DNA of 63,950 nt, counting the filler, from Octopus bimaculoides (lineage: Eukaryota): the NCBI RefSeq assembly GCF_001194135.2. It is 6 parts of 6 records of this genome, joined end to end, with 100 filler letters (N's around TTAATTAATTAA, not from the genome) between each part and the next. Parts side by side here need not be neighbours in the genome. Positions count along the whole stretch, not along the records: positions 35,937 to 44,470 come from NC_068991.1; positions 44,571 to 52,030 come from NC_069007.1; 4 more parts are not named here. The stretch is one strand, 5' to 3'. The notes below the pieces were generated by a model, which saw only the letters and a list, made by a program, of their open reading frames with translations, was not told the DNA's origin and did not search any database. Position 1 is the stretch's first letter. The number at the start of each line of letters is the position of its first letter. Positions 36,379 to 49,545 of this stretch are shown piece by piece. The position numbers were made by a program, and so were the translations under genes.

Positions 36379-37046
36379 GTCATCATCATCATTATCATCA
36401 TCATTACCATCATCGCCATCAGTAACGTCGTCGTCGTCGTAAAAACTATTGATTACACCAACAATAAGTTTTCCAATTTTCTGTCTAGTTACCTCCCTTT
36501 ACGGTCTTGCTTTTATACCTCTCCGATTAATGGGGATGGCCAAAACGGACTAAATACCAGTAATTTACTGAGACCATTGCTGATTACATGCGCCTCTAAG
36601 AAATGCGTATGATCACATTCCATAGCAGAATATCATTATAATGGATGGATTGCGGAGAAACCTTATCAAGCAAACAGTCTTGTTGCACTGCAGAGCCAGA
36701 CAGAGAGTCGTGCAGAATTTACTCGTATACTTTTTACGTACTAAGATCAAACCCAATGGGAGGCGATTTTGCGCTTTGATTTTTCTTGGGTCGATTAAAT
36801 AAATTATCAGCCAAGTTCTGGGGATCGGCTGATACGTCTATTTTCTTTGTGATATCTGCATATATTTGAAACTAATATCATCGCTGTATTACAATCATCT
36901 ATGTTGAGAACATTTGGCCTTAACAATACTGAAGTTTAATGAGACCATTTTCATTTCATTTTGCTTCTTAAAGCTCTCCATCTTATTTGATGCGGTTAAT
37001 TCTGTGAGAGCAGAAAGAAACCAGTTGTCGAGGGTTTCACAGGGTC

Positions 37047-37047
<1 letters not shown>

Positions 37048-37104
<57 letters not shown>

Positions 37105-37127
37105 CATCATCATCATCATCATCATCA

Positions 37128-37204
<77 letters not shown>
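37048..37204. repeat. (ATT)n-(ATC)n-(ATT)n compound microsatellite; similar arrays at 36330-36420, 38176-38290 and 42303-42502
   Basis: Read directly. Confidence 0.95.
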
Positions 37205-37205
<1 letters not shown>

Positions 37206-37206
37206 G

Positions 37207-37402
37207 AGCGGCGAGCTAGCAGAACGGCTAGTACTCCAGGCGGAATGCTTAACGGTATTTCGTCCGTCTTTACGTTCTGAGTTCAAATTCCGCCGAGGTT
37301 GACTTTGCCTTTCATCCTTTCGGGATCGATAAAAAGAGTACCAATTGAGCATTGGGGTCGATGTAACCGACTTACCCCTTCCCCAAAAATTTAGTAGAAA
37401 GG

Positions 37403-37438
<36 letters not shown>
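37207..37438 (+). mobile_element. Family C copy with (ATT)n tail
   Basis: Homology to 57976-58190. Confidence 0.88.
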
Positions 37439-37444
37439 TGCTCA

Positions 37445-38075
37445 GGCTTCAATAAGATATATAAATGGTATCAGTTTGAAAACTAGATTAAGCGTATACA
37501 AATCTTGTATTTTGAGCACACTTTTGTATGGGGCAGAAGCATGGACTCCCTACAACAGACCTATAAAGAAACTTGAAACCTTTCATGTGTGCCGTCTGAG
37601 CCATATCTGCAACATAAAATAGCAAGATAAGATATTAAATGTCAAAATTTTAGAAGAATGTGATACCTCCAGTATCAAATACTTGCTACTGAGAGTTCAG
37701 TGCGGATCGGTAGGACATATGGTTCGAATGCAAGATGATCGCATTCCGAAAATTCTTTTTTATTGCCAACAAGTAGAGGGATTTCGCAGTAGAGGAAGAC
37801 CCTTGTTAAAATATAAGAATAAGTTGAAACAATCACTAAAATCCCTACAGCTTTATGTAACATCTTGGGAAATTTATTGTCTAGATCGATCTGAGTGGCA
37901 TAAAATGTGTTATGATGCTTCTAATGAATTTGAGTTGAAGAAATAGAACAATAAAAGAACTTTCTCCTGTAATCAAAAGACACATTTGTCCAATCGCAGG
38001 CTAGATCAGCGTCCCCATTGTGACGTCATAGCAAAATCCATCTCTCGATTCAAATTTCATACATGCATCCATCGC
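37445..38075 (+). mobile_element. RTE-clade LINE 3' fragment (RT thumb/C-terminus and Zn-finger remnant)
   Basis: ISLKTRLSVYKSCILSTLLYGAEAWT, GHMVRMQDDRIPKILFY...RSRGRPLLKYKNKLKQSLK, DRSEW; contains stops. Confidence 0.9.
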
Positions 38076-38173
38076 AAACAGATGCAGCTTCTTTTGTTTT
38101 AATGCCTTTCTTTTTTTATTTTTAATCCTTTCCTTCCTTCAAACACTCATCCGTCAAAATCCACGGGAGACAC

Positions 38174-38218
<45 letters not shown>

Positions 38219-39588
38219 CATCATTATCATCATCATCATCATCATCATAATCATCATCATCATCATTATCATCATCATCCTTATCATTATCATGGCGCTG
38301 GTTAGCGGAATCGCTGGAGTGAGACGAGAATGATTTAATATGTTGTTTCATCATTTCCTTTGAAACGATTTCAAACCCGACCAGGTGGATGTTGCTATTT
38401 ATTCCGCCCACACTGGGTTCTATGAAATAAAATACCAGTCAAGTATTAATTCGAACAATAGAAGTCAATTAATTTCTCCTATTTATTTTCTATATATTTT
38501 TTATTCTTTTTCCAATTTNNNNNNNNNNNNNNNNNNNNNNNNNNNNNNNNNNNNNNNNNNNNNNNNNNNNNNNNNNNNNNNNNNNNNNNNNNNNNNNNNN
38601 NNNNNNNNNNNNNNNNNNNNNNNNNNNNNNNNNNNNNNNNNNNNNNNNNNNNNNNNNNNNNNNNNNNNNNNNNNNNNNNNNNNNNNNNNNNNNNNNNNNN
38701 NNNNNNNNNNNNNNNNNNNNNNNNNNNNNNNNNNNNNNNNNNNNNNNNNNNNNNNNNNNNNNNNNNNNNNNNNNNNNNNNNNNNNNNNNNNNNNNNNNNN
38801 NNNNNNNNNNNNNNNNNNNNNNNNNNNNNNNNNNNNNNNNNNNNNNNNNNNNNNNNNNNNNNNNNNNNNNNNNNNNNNNNNNNNNNNNNNNNNNNNNNNN
38901 NNNNNNNNNNNNNNNNNNNNNNNNNNNNNNNNNNNNNNNNNNNNNNNNNNNNNNNNNNNNNNNNNNNNNNNNNNNNNNNNNNNNNNNNNNNNNNNNNNNN
39001 NNNNNNNNNNNNNNNNNNNNNNNNNNNNNNNNNNNNNNNNNNNNNNNNNNNNNNNNNNNNNNNNNNNNNNNNNNNNNNNNNNNNNNNNNNNNNNNNNNNN
39101 NNNNNNNNNNNNNNNNNNNNNNNNNNNNNNNNNNNNNNNNNNNNNNNNNNNNNNNNNNNNNNNNNNNNNNNNNNNNNNNNNNNNNNNNNNNNNNNNNNNN
39201 NNNNNNNNNNNNNNNNNNNNNNNNNNNNNNNNNNNNNNNNNNNNNNNNNNNNNNNNNNNNNNNNNATATATATATATATATATATAGTGCAAATCTATTA
39301 TGAATGTATATGTATGCATAAGTAAAGTTGTTTTAAATATATTAAAAAATTAACTACTATCAAATTTATCGCACTCACGCACACGTAGGCATATAGCAAA
39401 GACCTATAAAAACATATATGTATACACTCACAGACACGTTTATATATACATGTATACATATGTATGTGTATATACATATATATATATGCATATAAATACG
39501 TATATACGTATATATTGGTGTGTGTATGTGTGTAAATATATATATGTAATTATGTATTTATATATATGTGTGAATATATCTATATGTG

Positions 39589-39637
<49 letters not shown>

Positions 39638-41137
39638 NNNNNNNNNNNNNNNNNNNNNNNNNNNNNNNNNNNNNNNNNNNNNNNNNNNNNNNNNNNNNNN
39701 NNNNNNNNNNNNNNNNNNNNNNNNNNNNNNNNNNNNNNNNNNNNNNNNNNNNNNNNNNNNNNNNNNNNNNNNNNNNNNNNNNNNNNNNNNNNNNNNNNNN
39801 NNNNNNNNNNNNNNNNCACACACACATCTAACTGTGGTTTGTTTGTTTTTGTATTTAAATGTGTTTATTCGTTTACCGCTTCAGTCATTGAACTGTGGCC
39901 ATGCTGGGGTACAGCCCACAAAATTTTTATAAAGCTGCACATATATGCGCAAAAATACATATATACAGACATCTACATATATCTACACACAGACACACCC
40001 ACACACACACACACATATATATGTATATATATTATTAATATTGTTGATATGTGTGTGAGTGTGTGTGTGTATGAAGAATAAAAGAAGTTGTACAGAGTAT
40101 CCCATAGAATATAGAGAGAGTTTATATATTTTTCTAATTATAAGAACCTCGTCATTACCATGATAAGCCTCAAAGAGCCGGGCATCTTCACGCCTGCGCA
40201 CCGTTAATCATGTGGTGTGTTTTCAGAACAAAACTTTCTCTTCCGGTTGTCGTATTCTGATTTTCATCAGAAAATTTCCTCCTTTTTCCAACTTCATAAT
40301 TTATTATCTATAGGAAATAACAAGTAAAAGATTATAAAGAAATTATGGCCCTTGATTATTAAATTTGTCTGAGTCCCTGTGAAGAAACAAACCATAATGT
40401 AGATCCCAATAAAGCTATCGAATGTTTATCGTTGAATTCGTTGGAAAAACATTTTCATTTTGCTAGAAAAAGAGAGGAAAATATCTATTTCCCTCTCTTT
40501 ATGTTTACCAATAACGGATGAAATGGAACGAAAGAAGGGGGAAAAAAATTAACCCACATTTTCGAAAATTTTGTATGTATGCATTCACTACTCACATTTG
40601 TTTTAACTTAATGACACATTCAAAGTGATTGTATCCAATTATTTAATATACATTTATCAGAGTATATACATTTACCGAATGCCTCGGATGTATTATCTAA
40701 ATATAACTGTAGCTGCAGAGGTTTTTCAGTATCAGATATTTCTCCGTGGTGCGAAGACTACATCTTTTGCTGCCATTTAGATAAGTTTATTTTTTTCAAT
40801 AATCTTTCTATTTATATTGTATTTTGTATTTTCGATAGGTTTAATCATCAATGGGAATATTCTCATCGTTTATCTGCCATTAATTTCACTTTGACTATAA
40901 ATTATGAACTTATAAAATAGGTAAATATTTCCAGAGAGCACGCGAGAACTTCCTCATTGTTTTCAAAACAGACCGGTAAGTTCTAGCCATACACTCATTA
41001 AGATTTCACCCAATGTTTCATCATAGATATTTGATTAAATGAAGCATTTTGAAACTCGCAGTAATAATGGAATGACAAGCTTTTAACAATTTTAAAATAT
41101 ATATACGCCTTTGTTCGCGTGCAGACTAATATACATT

Positions 41138-41320
<183 letters not shown>

Positions 41321-42164
41321 CACACAATTTTGTAAATGTGACTATTCTGAATGCTTCAAGCAGTTCAGTCAGCAAGCTTTCCTACTTACACCGATGTTTC
41401 GGTTTTAAGGTCTGTGCTGCAATTACTAATGGGCAACTGTTTCAGATAAGTATTCTCGCTAGCTTAAATGGGAAGCTGGATGACGGTCTTTGAAAGTATC
41501 TTCCACTTCCTCAAATTGTTGCTTTAAGATTGTTACAGCTGTTCATAAACTTCTTATAACTTGACAATCGTAAACAATGTCATGGCTGCTTATTCTGTCA
41601 AAATTCATTGACTATTTTATCAGCTTTTCAATTTATATTTTCAAAGCTTCATGCTTCAAAAGTAGCTATGCATTTGTGTGTGTGTGCGTGCGCGCGTGCG
41701 TGCGTGCGTGCGTGCGTGCGTGTCTTTGTGTGTGTTTTCACGTGATCGATCAGATTATCAGCTGTTGCTATACATCGCTGGTCACAATGCCCTTTGCATC
41801 GTTTAGGCTTTCGAATGATGCCACCTTGGAACCTAGGCGAGCAGGCCGATATGTGTGTATGTGTGTATGAAAGAGAGAGACAGAGAGGGTGAGTGTCTTC
41901 GTGTGTATACTATTGTGTTTGTGTGAATATGTGTAGGCATGTGATAAAATAATGAACGCTACTCGGGACTGATTTCGACGTTTGATACTTCCGGATCCTG
42001 TAAAGAATTAGCAGCCAATCACCTAATAAATAGAACCAGGTTAAATATATTACACGCTCATTTCGTATCCTTCAGCGAGACATAGAAAAACAGCAATGAT
42101 GATGATGATGATGATGATAAATATTAATAATAATAATGATGATGGTAACATTGGTGGTGGTGGT

Positions 42165-42725
<561 letters not shown>

Positions 42726-43514
42726 TTGTTTTCGTTGTTATAAGCAAAACGCAGCTTTCTGATCGAGGTTTCTCTGGGTTTATTCAATATATATATGCAT
42801 GTATGTATAGGTGTATGCGTGGATGCATGTACGATGTGTGTATGTATGTATGCATGCATTCTCTTTGTCTATGTATAGGACTACATACACTAACATGTCT
42901 TTTGCTAACTTTTAAACAAATATCGAAATGTGAAATTATAAGATATGAAAGAGAAACGAAAAATGGTTGAAATAATTTTTAAACATAAGGAAAATTAAAA
43001 GTTAGTGAAATATTACAGTTCTCTAATTTCGTCTTCTTGTATATATCAACGATTTGTCTGTGTGTTTAAAGTTAAAATTGCTATAACATAACAGCAAAAA
43101 TCAGCGGAAATTAGACCAGTGAAATACTGTTAAAGACACGGACAAGAAAAGGAAGAAGGGATTATAGTGAACAAGAGAGAGTTTTGAGCAAGATGGTGTT
43201 GAAAATTTTTAATACAAACACTTTTAACAAATTATATTAAAATTAGAATTTTTAAGATTTTACCATAATTTTTAAATTTAACCAAATATCAAGAGTTTTG
43301 GTGAAAAATTTAGATATTCTTACTCTCTGCAATCATCAAGTTTTCAACAATTTTGTCTTTCATCTGCATAAATAAGTGCTGCTAAATATTCCATTTCCTT
43401 TTGATGAGGAAGAATTGTATTTGTTTAAGAGACTTACTTTGAAGTAGTATTTTCTTGTTTCTTGTGTTAGTATTTCGACTACTGTATCATGTATGTGTAA
43501 TGTGAGCTGAAGAT

Positions 43515-43915
43515 CGGATAGCCAGAATCGGTAAAGTGCCAGGCAAAATGCGTTGCGGTATTTAGTCATGGCATTTTATATTTTGAGATCAAATCCCGCA
43601 GGGATCAACTTCACTTTTATCCATTCAGGGTCGATAAAATAAAGTACCGATCAAGTACCGGAGTTGATATCGAGTAATCCACTTCTCTCGAAAACTTGAA
43701 ATTATAAGGCAGCGAGTTGGCAGAAGCGTTAGCACATCGGGCAAAGAACTTAACGGTATTTGTTATCAATCCGAGTTCGGTTCCTCGTGGGGTCGGCTTC
43801 GCCTTTTATCTTTTCAGAGTGGTCGACAAACAAAATGCACTAGCCAAGTACCAGAGCAATGTAATCGACACCCTCCTACTCCAAATTTCAGACCTTGTAC
43901 CTAAATTAGAAAAAA
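43515..43915 (+). mobile_element. Head-to-tail pair of diverged family C copies
   Basis: Shared motifs GGGTCGATAAAATAAAGTACC and GGCAGCGAGTTGGCAGAAGCGTTAGCAC. Confidence 0.75.
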
Positions 43916-44419
43916 ATATTATTATTATTATAATTATTATTACTACTACTACTACTGTAACTACTACTATTACTACAACTAATTCTATTACTGCAATTAT
44001 TACTATTATTATTAGCATTATTTTATAATCTCTGTCATCATTGTCATTAATATTTCCATATTAAATCCTACACACCTTCCTAATCTAGTTACAAAGCCGT
44101 CTCTGAAAAGGTTGGACAATCTGAATGGATGAGTTGCGAAAAGATGGAACATACCCAGGTTAATCAGCCATACTGTTAGCAGCTATTCTGGGTACCCAGG
44201 CCATATTATGTCAATAAAAAAACTGCCTGAGATGCGAATCTCTTGTAGAAAGTTGTACTATATATATGTGTATGTATCTAAGAATGTATGTATGTATATA
44301 TGTATATATCCAGCTATCTATGTATATGTATATATTATATATATACATATATACACATACATATATCATTGTATATGTATGTGAGTATGTATGTATGTAT
44401 GTATGTATATACACGTATA

Positions 44420-44470
<51 letters not shown>

Positions 44471-44570
44471 NNNNNNNNNNNNNNNNNNNNNNNNNNNNNN
44501 NNNNNNNNNNNNNNTTAATTAATTAANNNNNNNNNNNNNNNNNNNNNNNNNNNNNNNNNNNNNNNNNNNN
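44471..44570. other. Artificial scaffold join
   Basis: TTAATTAATTAA at 44515-44526. Confidence 0.97.
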
Positions 44571-44678
44571 GCTAAACTGGCAACATGACCATCCCCAAGT
44601 ACAACAACATCTGTTTCAACACACGATTTCACATAAAAAATCTTGCAAAACAAATATGTAAAAAATCTTGCAAAACAA

Positions 44679-44717
<39 letters not shown>

Positions 44718-45074
44718 TCTCTCTCTATATATATACATATGGATGAGTGTTTGTGTGTATTGATGTATGTATGAGTGTATGTATGTATATCATAGTACGT
44801 AGTGGAACTAAATATCGTGCCATACATATTCTTTATCTCAGGGAAGTGGTGTGAGAAATATCTCTGCTCACCTCTTGACCTTATCCACCATTGACTTAGA
44901 TCTGTCATAACATCATTAGTGTTATTGTGTTCAGAAGAGTCACATTTAATACCGTGGTTTGAACTTATGACTTCAGTTTTGCGCCAAGTGTACAGTGCAC
45001 GCTGTAAATCATAGTGTTTATAATTAACCTGATTAATATACATCTTCAGAGAAATATTAATATGTCAGTGTCAG

Positions 45075-45445
45075 GAAAGGCGGGGTGGTGTTGGCAGGGT
45101 CGTTAGGACACCTGTCGAAGTTCTGAGCCTTATTTTGTTTGTCTTTACGTTCTTCAAATTCCGCTGGGGTCGACGTTGTCTTTCATCCTCTTTCGCGGGT
45201 CGATACAATAAGTACCAACTGAGCGCCTGGGTCGATCTACATCCCTAGAACCCACACCCTAAAACTACTGCTCCTTGTGACACAGTTTGTAATCAACGTA
45301 TTAGTGTCATACTAGTCGTGTCACACAAGGCCGCAGGCGGCACGGTCGTCAGCACGCCGGGCGAAAGGCTTAGCGGCATTTTGTTCGTGTCTATGTTCTA
45401 AGTTCAAATTTTGCCGAGGTCGCTTTTGTCTCTGATCTCTTTTCA
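45075..45445 (+). mobile_element. Head-to-tail pair of family C copies (second truncated)
   Basis: CAAATTCCGCTGGGGTCGAC...GGGTCGATACAATAAGTACC and CACGCCGGGCGAAAGGCTTAGCGGC. Confidence 0.75.
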
Positions 45446-47299
45446 GGGCTCCCTTTTCTTGTCCAATCTACCTTTCCAAAAAACTTCTCTGCAACGCTGA
45501 GTCACACAACTTTCAGAATATCTTGTGCCTGGATATGTATGAATTCCAATTCTGCTGAACATTTTTCTCTATATAATTGACCTTAAAAATTTCTATAGAA
45601 CATTGCCTTTACCCTCAAGAATGAAACCTCTTGGAGACATCCGGAGCTCCTAGCCGCAGCACCTGATTTTTGTTTAAACGAAAACAAATACAAACAAGTN
45701 NNNNNNNNNCTCCGATAGCATATCTTGCGTTAGGCTAGGCCAGGTCACAGGCTGAAGAAAACCTGAAAAATTGTATCCTTGTATCCAGTAACTATTTGCT
45801 CATGTTCAAGAGATTGGCGACTAACCCTGGCCTCACTAGTTTAGTGCAATGATTCCTAACAGGAATGAATTGTAGAATATGTTACAAATGGATGCGCTTC
45901 TTGAGAGCCAAATACATCTCCTTCCCGGAGAGATGCTGGCTTCTGTCAGGACTATTTCTCCCTCAAACCCATGAACAGAGGCTACGTTGGTATTTTATTC
46001 TATATTGGATATAGGAAATATAGTTAAAATAAATTCACATAGCGAAACGGTAGATAAGCTTAAGGAGCGACGAAACTTTTGTGTAATCTGTAGCACATAT
46101 GACACCAGAAGTAATTAAAAAATACATGATTTAATTTCCATCAGTAAAGACGTAATTTAGCGTTATCACATGACCGGCAAACTTTTTCCATATAATTAAC
46201 TGATTTATGAAATTTAATTAATAGAATAAAGAAAAAAAAAAGTAGATGTATTATTTATTGATGGAATAATACATCCTGTCTATAACTTACTTTTATAATT
46301 TGAAATATATATGTATATGTATATGTATNNNNNNNNNNNNNNNNNNNNNNNNNNNNNNNNNNNNNNNNNNNNNNNNNNNNNNNNNNNNNNNNNNNNNNNN
46401 NNNNNNNNNNNNNNNNNNNNNNNNNNNNNNNNNNNNNNNNNNNNNNNNNNNNNNNNNNNNNNNNNNNNNNNNNNNNNNNNNNNNNNNNNNNNNNNNNNNN
46501 NNNNNNNNNNNNNNNNNNNNNNNNNNNNNNNNNNNNNNNNNNNNNNNNNNNNNNNNNNNNNNNNNNNNNNNNNNNNNNNNNNNNNNNNNNNNNNNNNNNN
46601 NNNNNNNNNNNNNNNNNNNNNNNNNNNNNNNNNNNNNNNNNNNNNNNNNNNNNNNNNNNNNNNNNNNNNNNNNNNNNNNNNNNNNNNNNNNNNNNNNNNN
46701 NNNNNNNNNNNNNNNNNNNNNNNNNNNNNNNNNNNNNNNNNNNNNNNNNNNNNNNNNNNNNNNNNNNNNNNNNNNNNNNNNNNNNNNNNNNNNNNNNNNN
46801 NNNNNNNNNNNNNNNNNNNNNNNNNNNNNNNNNNNNNNNTATATATATATATATATTTATTTATATATGCGTATAATACATACATATACGTACATATATA
46901 TATGCATAAAAGTTCATATGCATGTTTATAGTTATATGCACATAAGTTTATACATATATACACATGTATAAATGCGTGTACATGTATACACACATGAATA
47001 CATATACACATATGTATATACAACTTATATACGCATATACATGCATGTATGTGTATATATACGTTTCATATTTCTCGATTTCATTAGATTTGTGTTAAGT
47101 TGCGCAAATTTGGCATCAGTAAAAAGATAGCTGTATCTTTCATTTAAGTTTAATTTTTCATATGGAGGATGAAGACTGAATTGAGTTTGTGAGTTGTGTG
47201 TATGGTGGTGGTGGTAGTGTTGGGGGAGGAGGAGGAGGAGGAGGAGTAGAACGCATTTGTGTGGTGTGAAATTCAACACCAGATACGCGGATAAGGTTA

Positions 47300-48475
47300 A
47301 ATATATAACACCACCACCACCAACAACAACGACATGAATGGCGAACGAAAAGCAACAAGAAGAAGAAGGGAAGCAGCAGCAAAATGTGGAAGATAAGTAA
47401 CAGTAACAACAGCAGCGTAACTGGAAACCAACAGCAGCACTATCACAACAGCAGCAACAATAATAACAAGTATAAAGGCCAAGAACGGCAGGAGCAAGAG
47501 CAATAAGAACCTTCAGGAATTTTGGGAATATCAACAAGAGAAGGAGAATGGGAAAGTTTAGGAGGAACACGGTGATAAAGGAAGTGATGTATATATAGGT
47601 GAGTAAAGAGGAGATGGAATTGAAGGTGGTGGTGGGCATGGGAGGAGATGAAGACGGAGGGAAAGAGGGAAAGAGGGAAAGAGGGAAAAGAAGTAGAAAC
47701 AGAAAGATTGAGGAGAAGATTGAAGACGTTGTGGCAGATTGATGATGATGATGATGATGATGAAGAGGAGGAGGAAGGGAAGAATAAGGAGGAAGAGAAG
47801 AATTCGAAGAAGAAAAAGATGAACAAGGTGGAGGAGAAGAAGAAGAGAAAGAAGAAGAAGGAGGGAGAGAAGAAAAAGATGATTTGGAAGAATTCGAAGT
47901 GGAAGGAAAAGAAAAAAATGAACGAGGAGGAGGAGAAGAACAGAAAGAAGAAAAGGAGGAGGAAAAGAAGAAGNNNNNNNNNNNNNNNNNNNNNNNNNNN
48001 NNNNNNGAAGAAGAAGAGAAAGAAGAAGAAGGAGGGAGAGAAGAAAAAGATGATTTGGAAGAATTCGAAGTGGAAGGAAAAGAAAAAAATGAACGAGGAG
48101 GAGGAGAAGAACAGAAAGAAGAAAAAGGAGGAGGAAAAGAAGAAGAGAAAGAAGAAGGAGGAGGAAGAGAAGAAGAAGAAGAAGAAGAAGAAGAAGAAGA
48201 AGAAGAAGGAAGAGAAGAAACAAAAATGATTTCGAAGATTTCGAAGTAGAAGCAAAAGAAAGAAATTCGAAGAAGAAAAAAATGAACAAGGAGGAGGAGG
48301 AGAAGAGAAAGAAAACGAAGAAGATGAAGAAGGAGGAAGATGAAGAAGGACAAGGAACGAGGAGAGGAAAAAGCATGTGAAAGAAAGTGAAGCAGAATTA
48401 AAGAGAAAAAATACGAAGTTATTAAAAAGGAATGAGTAAAAGAAGGTGAGAGAGATGAAGAAAACAAAGAAAGCA
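47300..48475. repeat. Purine-rich (GAA/GAG/GAT)n low-complexity tract; pyrimidine-rich counterpart at 56140-56720
   Basis: Read directly. It produces the poly-E/K/S/F ORFs in the track. Confidence 0.9.
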
Positions 48476-48930
48476 GTTATGCATCAATAAATATGTTGTG
48501 TCGACGCCCCCAAGCGGAGAAATAGGATCGCCCAAGACATATAAATAGAGGCAGTCTGTCCGTGGTAGGGAGTTGAGTGACTGTTGAGTAACTGTTGAGT
48601 AGCAGTTGAGTAGAGATCATCCGAAGGTGCTAGATAGCAGTAGGTTGAGACATAACCGAATACTTGCTGGTAAATGTTTATAAGTGTTGTGGGTTCGAGT
48701 CGCATCCATACGGAAAGCCCACTTTTTTTTTCTGTCAAGGGCTTATATGCCCCGATATTGGACAATTGTCATTAGTCAATACGCGGTGATCACTTATAAC
48801 CTTATAACTGGTATAATTGTTTGCTGAATTGTCACTCGTCGCTGCGTCTACATTTAACGCAGAAAACGATTTCGTACAAGAACATCGATTAAAAGCTTCT
48901 TTAAAAAATACGAAATTACAATAATTTCAA

Positions 48931-48963
48931 TGTCATGATTAGCGAATGCGAAACCAGTCGACA
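48931..48963 (+). ncRNA. Candidate minimal type-I hammerhead ribozyme with variant core
   Basis: UGUC-AUGAUUA-GC-GAAU-GC-GAAA-C-CA-G-UC-GACA: stem I 4 bp, stem II 2 bp with tetraloop, short stem III, GUC cleavage triplet. Canonical C3/G8 is replaced by A3/U8. Confidence 0.5.
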
Positions 48964-49047
48964 ACCACAATAATCTATCACTTATAAAATATATCAAAAC
49001 CATGTAAACTGTGTGAATTTCCTCTCTTTTATTATATATATGTATAT

Positions 49048-49084
<37 letters not shown>

Positions 49085-49508
49085 ATGGGTGATGATGATG
49101 ATGATGATGCAGGTGGTGGATCGGTGGATGGTGTATCGGTGGTAGTATGTTCGAGTAAGGTTGGTGCGATAGCTGTAGTGAGTGGGCGGCAAAATGCGGT
49201 GCCAGTGGTTATGGTGGAGGTTGTAGTTGTAGTGAGGATGGTGGTGGTAGTGGTGGGTTGTTTCTGATGGTGCTGAAGGAGGGGTTTCGAATTTACGAAG
49301 TGAAATTGGTATCACATGTTCTCTAGTATTGATTTCGATTAGTGTCTGTGTGTGCGTACGTGTGCCTGAGTATGTGCGTGTGTGTGTGTGTTTTTGTGTG
49401 TTTAAATATGTGATTGCGAGTGTGTACACGAGTGTAGGTGTATATACATACATAGATACATACACACATACATACACACATACATACATACACGCACATA
49501 CATACATG

Positions 49509-49545
<37 letters not shown>

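Noticed and set aside
47025-48467. 480-aa Ser/Phe-rich ORF and overlapping poly-E/K ORFs; similar ORFs at 55969-56756
   Set aside because: All frames are translations of GAA/GAG/GAT microsatellite, open on both strands and without splice signals.
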